A stretch of DNA of 57,759 nt from an uncultured Anaerolineaceae bacterium. GTDB lineage: Bacteria > Chloroflexota > Anaerolineae > Anaerolineales > DRMV01. The stretch is taken from contig CAYVHG010000103.1 of assembly GCA_964450875.1 (NCBI GenBank), positions 1 to 57,759 of the forward strand, given 5' to 3'. This document shows positions 37,020 to 46,009 of the stretch, one piece after another. The notes below the pieces were generated by a model. That model searched no databases. It saw only the letters and a list, made by a program, of their open reading frames with translations, and had not been told where the DNA came from. The position numbers were made by a program, and so were the translations under genes. Position 1 is the stretch's first letter. Every line of letters starts with the position of its first letter.

Positions 37020-37817
37020 ATGTCCCTTCTTCGTTTCCTCGAACCCCGTAACCGCCTGTATCTTTCCTTTGCGTTGCTGGGGGCGGTGCTGGTGGCTTTC
37101 ATTGCATGGCCGTTGACGCGCACTTTGTTGGCTTCCTCGCCGGCGGTGTTGTGGCGCACCTGGCAGGAAAGCGAAGTCAGCGCGGCTATCTTGTTGACTT
37201 TTGGCGCTTCGGCAGCCGCGACGGGGCTGGCGCTGCTTTTGGGCATTCCGCTGGCCTATGTGCTCGCGCGCGCCGATTTCCCCGGCAAGGCGCTGGTCGA
37301 AGCCGTGGTAGACATTCCGGTCGTCGTGCCCCATTCGGCTGCCGGTATTGCTTTGCTCATGGTGTTCGGGCGGCAAACCTTCTTGGGAAAATTGTTCGGG
37401 GCCGTTGGCATTCACTTCGTTTCGGCCGTGCCGGGCATCGTCATCGCGATGCTTTTCGTCAGCCTGGCCTTTTTGGTCAATGCTGCCCGCGACGGTTTCC
37501 GGGCCGTTGATACGCGGCTGGAAGCCGTCGCGCGCACGTTGGGGGCTTCCCCGTGGGAGACTTTTTGGCAAATCACCTTCCCTTTGGCGTGGCGCAGCAT
37601 CTTGTCGGGCATCATCATGATGTGGGCGCGCGGGCTGAGCGAATTCGGCGCGGTGGTGATCTTGGCGTATCATCCCACCGTGGCGCCGGTGTTGATTTTT
37701 TCGCGCTTCGAATCTTACGGGCTGGCCTACGCCCAGCCGGTGGCCGCGCTGGTCATTCTGATTTCGCTGGGTGTGTTTTTGGTGTTGCGATGGGTGGGGC
37801 GCGATGCACGGGTTTGA
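37020..37817 (+). CDS. ABC transporter permease (WtpB/ModB-like, BPD_transp_1)
   Basis: 265-aa polytopic protein with an EAA-like loop (VNAARDGFRAVDTRLEAVARTLGAS). The start is the ATG at 37020 within track ORF 36837..37817. Confidence 0.8.
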   Translation: MSLLRFLEPRNRLYLSFALLGAVLVAFIAWPLTRTLLASSPAVLWRTWQESEVSAAILLTFGASAAATGLALLLGIPLAYVLARADFPGKALVEAVVDIPVVVPHSAAGIALLMVFGRQTFLGKLFGAVGIHFVSAVPGIVIAMLFVSLAFLVNAARDGFRAVDTRLEAVARTLGASPWETFWQITFPLAWRSILSGIIMMWARGLSEFGAVVILAYHPTVAPVLIFSRFESYGLAYAQPVAALVILISLGVFLVLRWVGRDARV

Positions 37818-38934
37818 TGGTCAGAGCCTGCGTTTGGAGCACCTGAGTGTGCAGGCGGGGAATTTCCGCCTGAGCGATCTGACGCTGGAAGTGGCGGCGG
37901 GGGAGTATTTCATTTTGCTCGGCCCGACGGGGGCGGGGAAGACCGTGCTGCTGGAAACCGTGGCGGGGTTGCACCTGCCGCGGGCGGGGCGGGTGTTGCT
38001 GGGGGGGGAAGACATCACCGACGCCCCGCCGGAAGTGCGCCGGGTGGGGGTGGTTTATCAGCACCATGCGCTTTTCCCCCACATGACGGTGGCCGAGAAT
38101 GTTGCTTTTGGCCTGGCGTTGCAACGGCAGGCGCGCTGGCAGCGAGCGATGCCGTGGTTGGGGCGGCGCGCTTTGCGGCGCGCTGTCCGCAGCGCCGAGG
38201 TGACCGCCGCGCTGGAGATGTTGCATATTGCCCATCTGGCCGAGCGTTTCCCGCGGCACCTGAGCGGGGGGGAACGCCAGCGGGCGGCGTTGGCGCGGGC
38301 GTTGGTCATCCGCCCTCGGCTGCTGTTGTTGGATGAGCCCCTGAGCGCCCTCGACCCCCAGCATCGGGAGACGCTGCGCAGCGAGCTGCGCCGCTTGCAT
38401 GCCGAGCTGGGCACCACGGTGGTGCATGTGACGCACGATTTCGAAGAGGCGGTGGCGTTGGGCCAGCGCATCGCGGTGTTACACGCGGGGCGGGTCGAGC
38501 AGGTGGGGCCTGCGGAAGCCATCTTCCGGCGCCCGGCTTCGCGCTTTGTGGCCGAGTTCGTGGGCATGCGCAACATTTTTGCCGCTCATGCCGAGCCCGA
38601 AGATGGGCAGGCTGCCGTGTTGCACACGCACGGCCTGGCCGTGGCCGCGGTGGCGGCGCGGCGCGGCGCGGTGCATTTTGCCGTCCGCCCTGAAGACATC
38701 GTTCTGGCGCGCCAGCCGCTGGATTCCAGCGTGCGAAACGTCTTTCGCGGGCAGGTGGCCGAGGTGGAACGGCGCGGCGCGCTGGCGTATGTGACCGTCG
38801 CCGTGCCCGCGCAGGAAGGCGAGGCGTTGCCTTTCGTGGCTGCCGTGACCACCCCTTCGTTGGAAAGCCTGGGCCTGCGCCCGGGAGAGCCTGTTTGGCT
38901 GGGCTTCAAGGCTTCGGCGGTGCATGTGTTCTGA
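37804..38934 (+). CDS. ABC transporter ATP-binding protein with a C-terminal TOBE/Mop domain (WtpC/ModC-like)
   Basis: Walker A GPTGAGKT, LSGGERQR, LLLDEPLSALD, and a C-terminal oxyanion-binding fold (NVFRGQVAEVERRGALAYVTV...VWLGFKASAVHVF). Confidence 0.85.
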   Translation: MHGFDGQSLRLEHLSVQAGNFRLSDLTLEVAAGEYFILLGPTGAGKTVLLETVAGLHLPRAGRVLLGGEDITDAPPEVRRVGVVYQHHALFPHMTVAENVAFGLALQRQARWQRAMPWLGRRALRRAVRSAEVTAALEMLHIAHLAERFPRHLSGGERQRAALARALVIRPRLLLLDEPLSALDPQHRETLRSELRRLHAELGTTVVHVTHDFEEAVALGQRIAVLHAGRVEQVGPAEAIFRRPASRFVAEFVGMRNIFAAHAEPEDGQAAVLHTHGLAVAAVAARRGAVHFAVRPEDIVLARQPLDSSVRNVFRGQVAEVERRGALAYVTVAVPAQEGEALPFVAAVTTPSLESLGLRPGEPVWLGFKASAVHVF

Positions 38935-38986
38935 AGGGGAAGGCGTGGCGCGGTGGCTTTCCCGGTGTTGGTGGTGGTAAAGCAAC

Positions 38987-39015
38987 GAGCAGGGTGGGGC
39001 GTTCCCACCCTGCTC
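38987..39015. terminator. bidirectional hairpin between convergent genes
   Basis: Perfect 12-bp stem GAGCAGGGTGGG/CCCACCCTGCTC with a 5-nt loop. Confidence 0.5.
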
Positions 39016-39040
39016 GGATGTCGCTTGGGGGTATGTCGCG

Positions 39041-39343
39041 TTACAGTTGGAAGCCGTCGCGCGCGGGCACGATTTTGTAACGATAGTCGGTGACGTAGTC
39101 GCGCAGTTTTTCTTCGAGATGCTGCCAGGCCTGCGAGGCGAGGATGTAGCGCGCGGCTTCATACGAGGGCACGAGCGCCGCCGTCAGCACTTGCGGCCCT
39201 TCGCCGTAGGCCGTGAACCAGGCGTCGGTGGGTTGCAAGCCCAGGCGTTGCATGCCGGGCAAAAATTGCTTGATCAGAAACTCGAAATATTCGCGGTCTT
39301 TGTCGATGCGGATGTTCCAGGTCATCAGTACCTTGACTTCCAC
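39041..39343 (-). CDS. small conserved-looking hypothetical protein (about 100 aa)
   Basis: The likely GTG start at 39343 lies 5 nt after GGAGG, and that SD overlaps the stop of the upstream MBL-hydrolase gene (translational coupling). The sequence (V)EVKVLMTWNIRIDKDREYFEFLIKQFLPGMQRLG... contains no recognisable motif. Confidence 0.5.
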   Translation of the reverse strand: MEVKVLMTWNIRIDKDREYFEFLIKQFLPGMQRLGLQPTDAWFTAYGEGPQVLTAALVPSYEAARYILASQAWQHLEEKLRDYVTDYRYKIVPARDGFQL

Positions 39344-39353
39344 ATCAACCTCC

Positions 39354-40007
39354 TCACGACGGTGCATTGGCGTTTTCCAGCACTACGACCTGCAGTTCGT
39401 CGGGAATGCTGGCGCGGGTCACTTTGAGCACCGGCACCGGCGCGGCCCCTTCCACGCCCATTTCTTTGAGGAAGCGGGTGACGCTTTCCAATTTCGAGGT
39501 CGTGCCGGGAAGGCGGTAGTGCATGGGCACGACGATGGAAGGCTCCAGCACGCTGATGACCTCGGCCGCTTTGGCGGCGCTCAAGGCGCTGCCCCCGCCC
39601 ACCGGCACCAGCGCGACGTGCACCGTGCCCAGGGCCTCCACTTCGGCCTGGGTGGGCACGCGGCGCATGTTCCCCAGGTGGGCGACTGTGATGCCGTCGT
39701 AGTCGAACAGGAAAAGGGTGTTGCGAGGCAGTTCGCCTTGGCTTTTGCCTTTCCCGTTGGTGTGGATGGCCGTAATGAACACCCCGCCGATTTCGTACTC
39801 GCCGGGGCCGGTCAAGACGTGCCGCGCGCCTTTGACGGCTTTGAGGGCGTTGTGGCCGGGCGCGTCGGTGCTGATGGTGACGACATCGGCTTTCAGTTTC
39901 AGCGGCGGCAACCCCACCGCGGCGCCGTCGTAGGGGTCGGTTACGATGGTGGTCATGCGCCGCTGGGTGAGGCGGAAGCAAGAATGTCCGTACCAGGTGA
40001 TTTCCAT
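39354..40007 (-). CDS. metallo-beta-lactamase-fold hydrolase (UPF0173-like)
   Basis: MEITWYGHSCFRL...IVTDPY...HVALVPVGG. The start is the ATG at 40007 within track ORF 39354..40172. Confidence 0.7.
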   Translation of the reverse strand: MEITWYGHSCFRLTQRRMTTIVTDPYDGAAVGLPPLKLKADVVTISTDAPGHNALKAVKGARHVLTGPGEYEIGGVFITAIHTNGKGKSQGELPRNTLFLFDYDGITVAHLGNMRRVPTQAEVEALGTVHVALVPVGGGSALSAAKAAEVISVLEPSIVVPMHYRLPGTTSKLESVTRFLKEMGVEGAAPVPVLKVTRASIPDELQVVVLENANAPS

Positions 40008-40054
40008 GCCGCAATTATAACAGACCTTGGGGAGAGCGCCTGGGCGGGGAAGGT

Positions 40055-40795
40055 TTAGGGCTTCTTCGGCGGGCGGGGGCCTAAGATGGCCGTGCCTACC
40101 CGCACGATGGTCGCACCTTCTTCCACCGCGACCTCGAAGTCCGCGCTCATGCCCATGGAAAGCTCGTCCCACGAAGCGGTGGGGAAGCGACGGGCGAGGA
40201 AGTCCCGCAAGGCGCGCAGGCGGCGGAAATAGGGGCGCGCGGCTTCAGGGTGGGGGACCGGTGGGGGCACGGTCATCACGCCGCGCACTTCCAGGTGGGG
40301 CAGGGCAACGACGGCTTCCACATCGGGCAGCAGGGCTTCCCATTGCGTTTCATCCCAGGCTGGCCAGCCGAACTTGCTTTCCTCGCCGCCGACGTTGAAC
40401 TCCAGCAGCACGGGCAGCACCCGCTCGGCTGCGGCGGCCAGCGTTTCCAGCCGCTGGGCCAGCGCCAGCCGGTCCAACGAGTGGAGCATGTCGTAGTGGG
40501 AAATCACCAGCCGGGCTTTGCGCCGCTGGACGTGCCCAATCATGTGCCAGCGGACCTCGGGCTGGGTGATGACGGCCATCTTTGCGACACCTTCTTCCGG
40601 GTAGTTCTCGCCCAGGTCGCGCGCCCCCGCGAGCACGGCTGCTTGGGCTTTTTCCACCGGTTGCCCTTTGGTCACCACCACCAGCCGCACCGTTTCCGGG
40701 GCGCGGTGGGCGCGTTGGGCTGCCGCGGCGATGCGTTCCAGCACGCGGGTGTAGTTTTCCCGAATGCGGGTGGGTAGATCGGCTTGTCGAGCCAT
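40055..40795 (-). CDS. YggS-family pyridoxal-phosphate homeostasis protein
   Basis: [11 protein letters not shown] (PLP lysine), [37 protein letters not shown]. Confidence 0.85.
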   Translation of the reverse strand: MARQADLPTRIRENYTRVLERIAAAAQRAHRAPETVRLVVVTKGQPVEKAQAAVLAGARDLGENYPEEGVAKMAVITQPEVRWHMIGHVQRRKARLVISHYDMLHSLDRLALAQRLETLAAAAERVLPVLLEFNVGGEESKFGWPAWDETQWEALLPDVEAVVALPHLEVRGVMTVPPPVPHPEAARPYFRRLRALRDFLARRFPTASWDELSMGMSADFEVAVEEGATIVRVGTAILGPRPPKKP

Positions 40796-41020
40796 AGGGC
40801 ACCTCGTCGACGAAGGATGAAGCGGGCTGTTCTGATTATACGCCCACTTGGGGGAAAGCGGGCCTCGCGGCTGCGCTGCCTTGGGGGGCTGCCTCGAGGC
40901 CTCGCTGGCTGGGCTTGCGCTCCCCCAAAATTCCTATCGGCAGCGGGTGGGCTTCCGGGTTATAATGGCCTATACCCCTGGAGGGGACTGTTATCGGCAC
41001 TTTTGCCGGTTCGAGTGGTC

Positions 41021-41737
41021 ATGGCTGCGAAACGGAAGACCGACTATCAGATTTTGTGGATCGAGAACCGCCGAGTGCGGGTGCCGGAGTTCGTGCCCGC
41101 GCTGCGTAAACGCGGCTATGATTTGCACGTCGTTTCGTCGGGGAAGGCGGCGCGTGAGTGGCTGCACACCTTTACCCCTGACCTCATCGTGTTGTATGCG
41201 GCTTCGTTTGGAACCAGCGGCTATCGCATTGCCAAGGGGCTGCGCAGCGTTGCCCCCGAGACGCTGCCTCTTTTGCTGATTGCTTCCCCCGAGGCGCCGC
41301 CCAAGCCCAACGCGCCGGTTTCTTACACGCTGACGTTGCCTTTTACCACCCGCAAGCTGCTCAACCGCATTCACCGCCTGCTGCCGAGCGAGGCGCAGTG
41401 GCATCGGGTGGGGGCTGTGGCTTTGGATGAGCAGCGGCGGGTGGTGCGCTGCCACGGCCGAGAGCACCGCCTGACGCCCCGCATGTTGCGCTTGCTCAAG
41501 GTGTTCATGGCGCGTCCTCATCAGGTGATCCCTTACCACGACCTCTTCCGTGAGGTTTGGGAAACCACCTACCTGGGCGACATTCGCACCCTGCAGGTGC
41601 ACATTGCTTGGCTACGGCGGGCGCTGGAAGACGACCCTCGGCGGCCGCGCTTCTTGGAAACTTTGCGCGGCGTGGGGTATCGCTTTCACCCCGAGGGCAA
41701 GCCCGTGCCGGAACCAGAGGGGGAAGCCGCTGCCTGA
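41021..41737 (+). CDS. OmpR-family winged-helix regulator with a degenerate (pseudo-)receiver domain
   Basis: The C-terminus LTPRMLRLLKVFMARPHQVIPYHDLFREVW...LRGVGYRF is an OmpR/PhoB output domain. In the receiver, the acidic pair is EN, the phospho-acceptor position reads LIVLY (Tyr instead of Asp) and the conserved KPF is LPF. Confidence 0.7.
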   Translation: MAAKRKTDYQILWIENRRVRVPEFVPALRKRGYDLHVVSSGKAAREWLHTFTPDLIVLYAASFGTSGYRIAKGLRSVAPETLPLLLIASPEAPPKPNAPVSYTLTLPFTTRKLLNRIHRLLPSEAQWHRVGAVALDEQRRVVRCHGREHRLTPRMLRLLKVFMARPHQVIPYHDLFREVWETTYLGDIRTLQVHIAWLRRALEDDPRRPRFLETLRGVGYRFHPEGKPVPEPEGEAAA

Positions 41738-42954
41738 AAGTACCATCCTTCTCCGCCGGTCGAGAAGATGCGCACCGCCCACGGGCGGTGTGGTGTGTTT
41801 AAGGGCAGGGCAGAGGGCAAAGGGGAGGTCGCCCGCAATGGCCGCACGGCCTGGGCTGTGCTGTAGAAGACGCCGCCGTCGGCAAAGCCGACTTCCCAGC
41901 CGGCGGCGTCGGCCAGGGCTGCGGCCGGCAGGTGGACGCGCTCGGCTTCCAGCCGCGGTTGCCATGCGGCGGGAAAGGGCTTCCACGGCCAAGCCAGCGC
42001 GGCGTCGGCTTCCACGGTGAAGGCGGCGTGGGCGCGCATCAGCCGCAGCCGCGCGGTTTGCACCGCGCGCACGGTGGCGTCGGCGCAAAGGAAGCGCCGC
42101 TCGAGCCGCGCCGCGACCACCGCCGTGGTGCCCGAACCGCAGAAAAAGTCGGCCACCAGGTCGCCGGGGTTCGAGGAAGCCAGAATGATGCGTTCCAGCA
42201 GGGCTTCCGGTTTTTGGGTGGGGTAGCCGGTACGCTCGTTGTGCAGCCGAGCCACCACGGGGAAGTACCACCAATCTTCCGGCACTTTGCCGCGCTTCAG
42301 GTTGGGCACTTTGCCAAAGCCAGCCTTGGGCGATGATTTGAAGGTCGCCACCGTGTTGGGGTGGTAGGGCACGCGCACGGCATCGGCGTTGAAGGTGTAG
42401 CGGGACCCTTTCGCATAGACAAGGATGGTGTCGTGTTTGCGGTTGAAGGCGCGGCGGATGGGCGAGGGGCCGTGGTACACCCACACGATTTCGTTGATCA
42501 GGCGCTGGGGGCCGAAAATTTCATCCAACAGCAAGCGGGCGTAGGGTGCGGCGTGCCAGTCGAGGTGCAGGTAGAGGGTGCCGGTGGGGGTCAGCAGGCG
42601 GTGCATCAGCACCAGGCGGGGGTAGAGGAAGGCCAGGTAGTCGTCCAGCGAAGGCCAGCGGTCGGCGTAGCCTTCGGCGAGCTGCCAGGTGTGCGGTTTG
42701 CGGGAATCTTCGCCGCGCCCCACGCGCACTCGATAGCGGCGGTTGGTGAAGAACGGCGGGTCGGCGTAAATCAGCGGGATGCGGCCTTCCCATTGGGGCA
42801 ACAGGGCAGCCATCAGGGCGAGGTTGTCGCCCCACAGCAGGCGGTTGGCGTGGGGGGGCGTGGCGGCCTCGGGGGGCGCGATCACGCTTTCCGCCCGCAG
42901 GCTGGCTGGCGGCGGCAGGTGGAAGGCTTTGCCGGGGAAGGAGAGGGTGGGCAT
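41686..42954 (-). CDS. beta-class N6-adenine/N4-cytosine DNA methyltransferase with an uncharacterised C-terminal extension of about 150 aa
   Basis: Motif IV LIYADPPFF precedes motif I DFFCGSGTT, which is the beta-class order. No endonuclease gene lies next to it. The 3' end overlaps the convergent regulator gene by 52 nt. Confidence 0.8.
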   Translation of the reverse strand: MPTLSFPGKAFHLPPPASLRAESVIAPPEAATPPHANRLLWGDNLALMAALLPQWEGRIPLIYADPPFFTNRRYRVRVGRGEDSRKPHTWQLAEGYADRWPSLDDYLAFLYPRLVLMHRLLTPTGTLYLHLDWHAAPYARLLLDEIFGPQRLINEIVWVYHGPSPIRRAFNRKHDTILVYAKGSRYTFNADAVRVPYHPNTVATFKSSPKAGFGKVPNLKRGKVPEDWWYFPVVARLHNERTGYPTQKPEALLERIILASSNPGDLVADFFCGSGTTAVVAARLERRFLCADATVRAVQTARLRLMRAHAAFTVEADAALAWPWKPFPAAWQPRLEAERVHLPAAALADAAGWEVGFADGGVFYSTAQAVRPLRATSPLPSALPLNTPHRPWAVRIFSTGGEGWYFQAAASPSGSGTGLPSG

Positions 42955-42982
42955 TGTGGAAGGAGGGCTGCGGTTGGAAGGG

Positions 42983-44182
42983 TCAGGCTTCTCGGGGGGA
43001 GAGCGCCGCGGCGCGATGGGCCGGGCTGCCTACATACACCCGCGGGACGCGCGTGTTGATGTTGGTGAGCACTTCGTAAGGGATGGTGCCCGCCCACGCG
43101 GCCAGGTCTTCGACTGTGATGCGCTCGTGACCCTGTTCGCCGATGAGCACCACTTCGTCGCCGTTGTAGGCGGTTTCCCAGCCGATGTTCACCATCATTT
43201 GGTCCATGCAAATGCGCCCTACCTGCGGGTAGCGGCGGCCGCGGATGAGCACTTGCGCTTTGTTGGACATGGCGCGGAAATAGCCGTCGCCGTAGCCTAC
43301 CGGCAGGGTGACGATGCGCGTTTGGCGTTCGGGGGTCCATGTCCAGCCGTAACTTACTGCTCGGCCGGGTTGGGTGACTTTGAAATAGACCACGCGCGTT
43401 TTCCATGCCAGTGCGGGGCGCACCGTGACGGTGCGGGGCACCTCGGGGGAGGGGTAAACGCCGTAGAGCAAGATGCCAGGGCGCACCATGTCGAAGGTGG
43501 CTTCCGGCAGGCGCAGCACCGCGGCAGAGTTTGCCATGTGGCGGAGGGGCGTGGGCAGGCTGTGGCGCTCGTAAAAACGCAGCACTTCATGGAAGCGTTC
43601 CAGTTGCAGGTGTGCGGAAGCCGGGTTGGCGGCGTCGGCGTTGGCGAAGTGGCTGAAGATGCCTTCGACCTGCACGTGGCGGCTGCGGAGGGCGGCTTCC
43701 AGGAAGCCTGCGGCGCTGTAATCGTGCACGCCGATGCGTTCCATGCCGGTGTCGATTTTGAGGTGCACCCGTGCCGTGACCCCCAGCGCTGCCGCGGCTT
43801 GGTCGATTTGCGTGAGTTTTTCGATCGACGAGGCCGTGAGGGTGAGGTCGTATTTGAGGAAGAGGGGAATTTGGCTGCCCCAGATGCCGCCCAGCACCAA
43901 GATCGGCGTGCGAATACCGGCCTTGCGCAGCAGAATGCCTTCTTCCAGCACGGCCACGCCGAGGTAGTCGGCCCCTAAGGAAGCCATCAGCCGCGCGACC
44001 GGCACCAGCCCGTGCCCATAGGCGTTGGCTTTGAGGATGGGCATCACCTTGGCCGGGGCTACCCGCTGCCGAATGGCGTGAAAGTTGGCGGCCAATGCGT
44101 CCAGGTCTACGACGACCTGGGTGGGGCGCATCAAGCCCTCGCTGTCTTGGGCCATCACAGGGGCGAAAATGTCACCGTTCAT
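42983..44182 (-). CDS. alr: alanine racemase
   Basis: VMPILKANAYGHG (PLP lysine), YGVYP, and the C-terminal beta domain (GYGDGY...VGRICMDQMMV). The ATG at 44182 lies 6 nt after a minus-strand TACAAT (leaderless layout). Confidence 0.9.
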   Translation of the reverse strand: MNGDIFAPVMAQDSEGLMRPTQVVVDLDALAANFHAIRQRVAPAKVMPILKANAYGHGLVPVARLMASLGADYLGVAVLEEGILLRKAGIRTPILVLGGIWGSQIPLFLKYDLTLTASSIEKLTQIDQAAAALGVTARVHLKIDTGMERIGVHDYSAAGFLEAALRSRHVQVEGIFSHFANADAANPASAHLQLERFHEVLRFYERHSLPTPLRHMANSAAVLRLPEATFDMVRPGILLYGVYPSPEVPRTVTVRPALAWKTRVVYFKVTQPGRAVSYGWTWTPERQTRIVTLPVGYGDGYFRAMSNKAQVLIRGRRYPQVGRICMDQMMVNIGWETAYNGDEVVLIGEQGHERITVEDLAAWAGTIPYEVLTNINTRVPRVYVGSPAHRAAALSPREA

Positions 44183-44210
44183 AGGGTAATTGTACCGCGG
44201 CGGGCGAGGA

Positions 44211-44244
44211 AACCAAAACCGCCGACCGGAAGGCGGTCGGCGGT
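44211..44244 (-). terminator. rho-independent terminator of the solute-binding-protein gene
   Basis: 11-bp stem ACCGCCGACCG/CGGTCGGCGGT (44218-44244). On the minus strand it is followed by TTTGGTTT. Confidence 0.65.
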
Positions 44245-44267
44245 GGGGAAGGCGGGGGTTGGGCGGG

Positions 44268-45995
44268 CTACGGCGCGGGCGTGGTGGTGGGGTTGGCCGT
44301 AACGGGCACGGCTTTGCCCTGCGCGACCAGGAACCACTGCGTCACATTGCGGAATCGGTCGCTCAGGTCGAACACCGGCCCCAGCCTGATGCCGCCGACC
44401 TGTTCGTCTACCGCGTAGGTGTAGACCGGGTAGAACAGGGGAAGGGCGGGCAGTTCTTTGGCGAAGAGCACCTGGAAGTTGTAGTAGAGCTTTTGACGGC
44501 GGGCGATGTCGGGGGTGATGCGGGCTTGTTCCAGGTATTCGCTCGCGCGGCGGTTATCCCACATGGTGTAGTTTTGGCCGTTGGTCGCCTGGCTTTGGTG
44601 CCAGAAGGGGTAAGGGTCGGGGTCGGGCGAGCGGGTGAGGTCGAGATCCACGAGGGCGACTTCGTAGGTGCGCGGGTCGAGGTAGTTGGCGATGAGCTTT
44701 TCGTAGGTCACCCCTTTGAGCGTGACCTCGACGCCCAGGGCTTTCCAGTCGTGTTGGATGGCTTGCGCCAGGGCCGCGTGGCGGGCGTCGTCGGGGTAGA
44801 CCAAAGTGAAAGCCAGCGGTTGGCCGTTTTTCTCGCGCACCTCGCCGCCGCCAGCCGGAATGACGAATTTGTCGTCTTTCAACAGGCTGATGGCTTTGTC
44901 GGGGTCGTAGGGGGTGGGCTGAAGCTTGTCGTAGTAGGCCCACGTGCCGGGGAAGATGGGCCCCGTGGCCTCGAAGGCTTGCCCGTCGAGGATGTGGTCG
45001 ATCATCCAGCGGCGGTTCAACCCCAGGTAAAGGGCATGGCGCACGGTTTTGTCTTGCAGGAAGCCGACCTCTTTGTTGCCGAGGTTGAACAGCAGCAGCG
45101 TCATGCGCGGCAGGCGGGTGGTGTAGAAGTTCAAATTGCGTTCCCGCAGCGCGTCGGCCAGGATGTCGGGGGTGATGCGCTGGATGCCCAGCACTTCGCC
45201 GTCGCGATAGGCTTGCAAGGCCTCTTTGGCTGTGGGGTAGTAGCGGAAGACCATCCGGTCGATGTAGGGCCGACCGTCGAAATAGCCGTCGAAAGCCTGC
45301 AGCGCGACGCCCTTGATTTTGCCGTTTTCCACCACCAGGTGGTCGAAGCGGTAGGGCCCGCAGCCCACGGGTTCCAGATTTTGCGGCGCGTTGACCATTT
45401 GCTCTGGCGGGATGTTTGCCCAAATGTGCTTGGGCAAAATGCCAAAAGTGAGGTAATCGAGGAAGGGCGCGAAGGCTTCCGGCAGGCGCAGTTGCAGGGT
45501 GTGGGCGTCTAAGGCTTTGTATTTGACGGCTTTCCAGAGGGCGCGAATGTCGGGCGGCAGCGGGATGGCGTCGTTGCTCATCAGCTGGATGGTGAAGATG
45601 ACGTCATCGACCGTGACGGGCTGCCCGTCGTGCCATTTGGCGTCTTTGCGCAGGGCGAAGTTATAGGTCGTGCCGTCGTGGGAGATGCCCCACGATTCGG
45701 CGATGCCGGGCTGCGGCAGGCCGCGCGCGTCGAACACGATGAGGCTGCAATAGAGCAGGCGGTCGACATCGCGGTCGGGCTGGTTGCCGCTATCCAGCAA
45801 GGGGTTCAGGCGGCTGATGGTGCCAATCAGCGCCTCGGTGTACACGCCGCCGCGCTTCGGCGCCGGAGCGACGCTGCCGGGCGTCGTTGCAGGGGGCTTT
45901 TGCCCTAAAAGCAAAAAAGCCACCGCAATCGCTGCCATCAGTGCCAACAGCAACTGCCAGCGAAAGCGGCGGAAGAAACTGCTTTGTGGGGTCAT
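44268..45995 (-). CDS. ABC transporter substrate-binding protein, family 5 (peptide/nickel, OppA/DppA-like)
   Basis: 575 aa with an N-terminal TM/signal segment. Family-5 pattern (GGVYTEALIG...LNPLL...GIAESW..S.DG.TY.F.LR....WHDG.P.T..DV). Confidence 0.8.
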   Translation of the reverse strand: MTPQSSFFRRFRWQLLLALMAAIAVAFLLLGQKPPATTPGSVAPAPKRGGVYTEALIGTISRLNPLLDSGNQPDRDVDRLLYCSLIVFDARGLPQPGIAESWGISHDGTTYNFALRKDAKWHDGQPVTVDDVIFTIQLMSNDAIPLPPDIRALWKAVKYKALDAHTLQLRLPEAFAPFLDYLTFGILPKHIWANIPPEQMVNAPQNLEPVGCGPYRFDHLVVENGKIKGVALQAFDGYFDGRPYIDRMVFRYYPTAKEALQAYRDGEVLGIQRITPDILADALRERNLNFYTTRLPRMTLLLFNLGNKEVGFLQDKTVRHALYLGLNRRWMIDHILDGQAFEATGPIFPGTWAYYDKLQPTPYDPDKAISLLKDDKFVIPAGGGEVREKNGQPLAFTLVYPDDARHAALAQAIQHDWKALGVEVTLKGVTYEKLIANYLDPRTYEVALVDLDLTRSPDPDPYPFWHQSQATNGQNYTMWDNRRASEYLEQARITPDIARRQKLYYNFQVLFAKELPALPLFYPVYTYAVDEQVGGIRLGPVFDLSDRFRNVTQWFLVAQGKAVPVTANPTTTPAP

Positions 45996-46009
45996 GGTGA
46001 AGTCGGCGC

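Noticed and set aside
41686-44182. Restriction-modification system around the DNA methyltransferase.
   Set aside because: The only neighbours are a winged-helix regulator and alanine racemase. No ORF with nuclease-like motifs exists in any frame, so the methyltransferase is called as an orphan.
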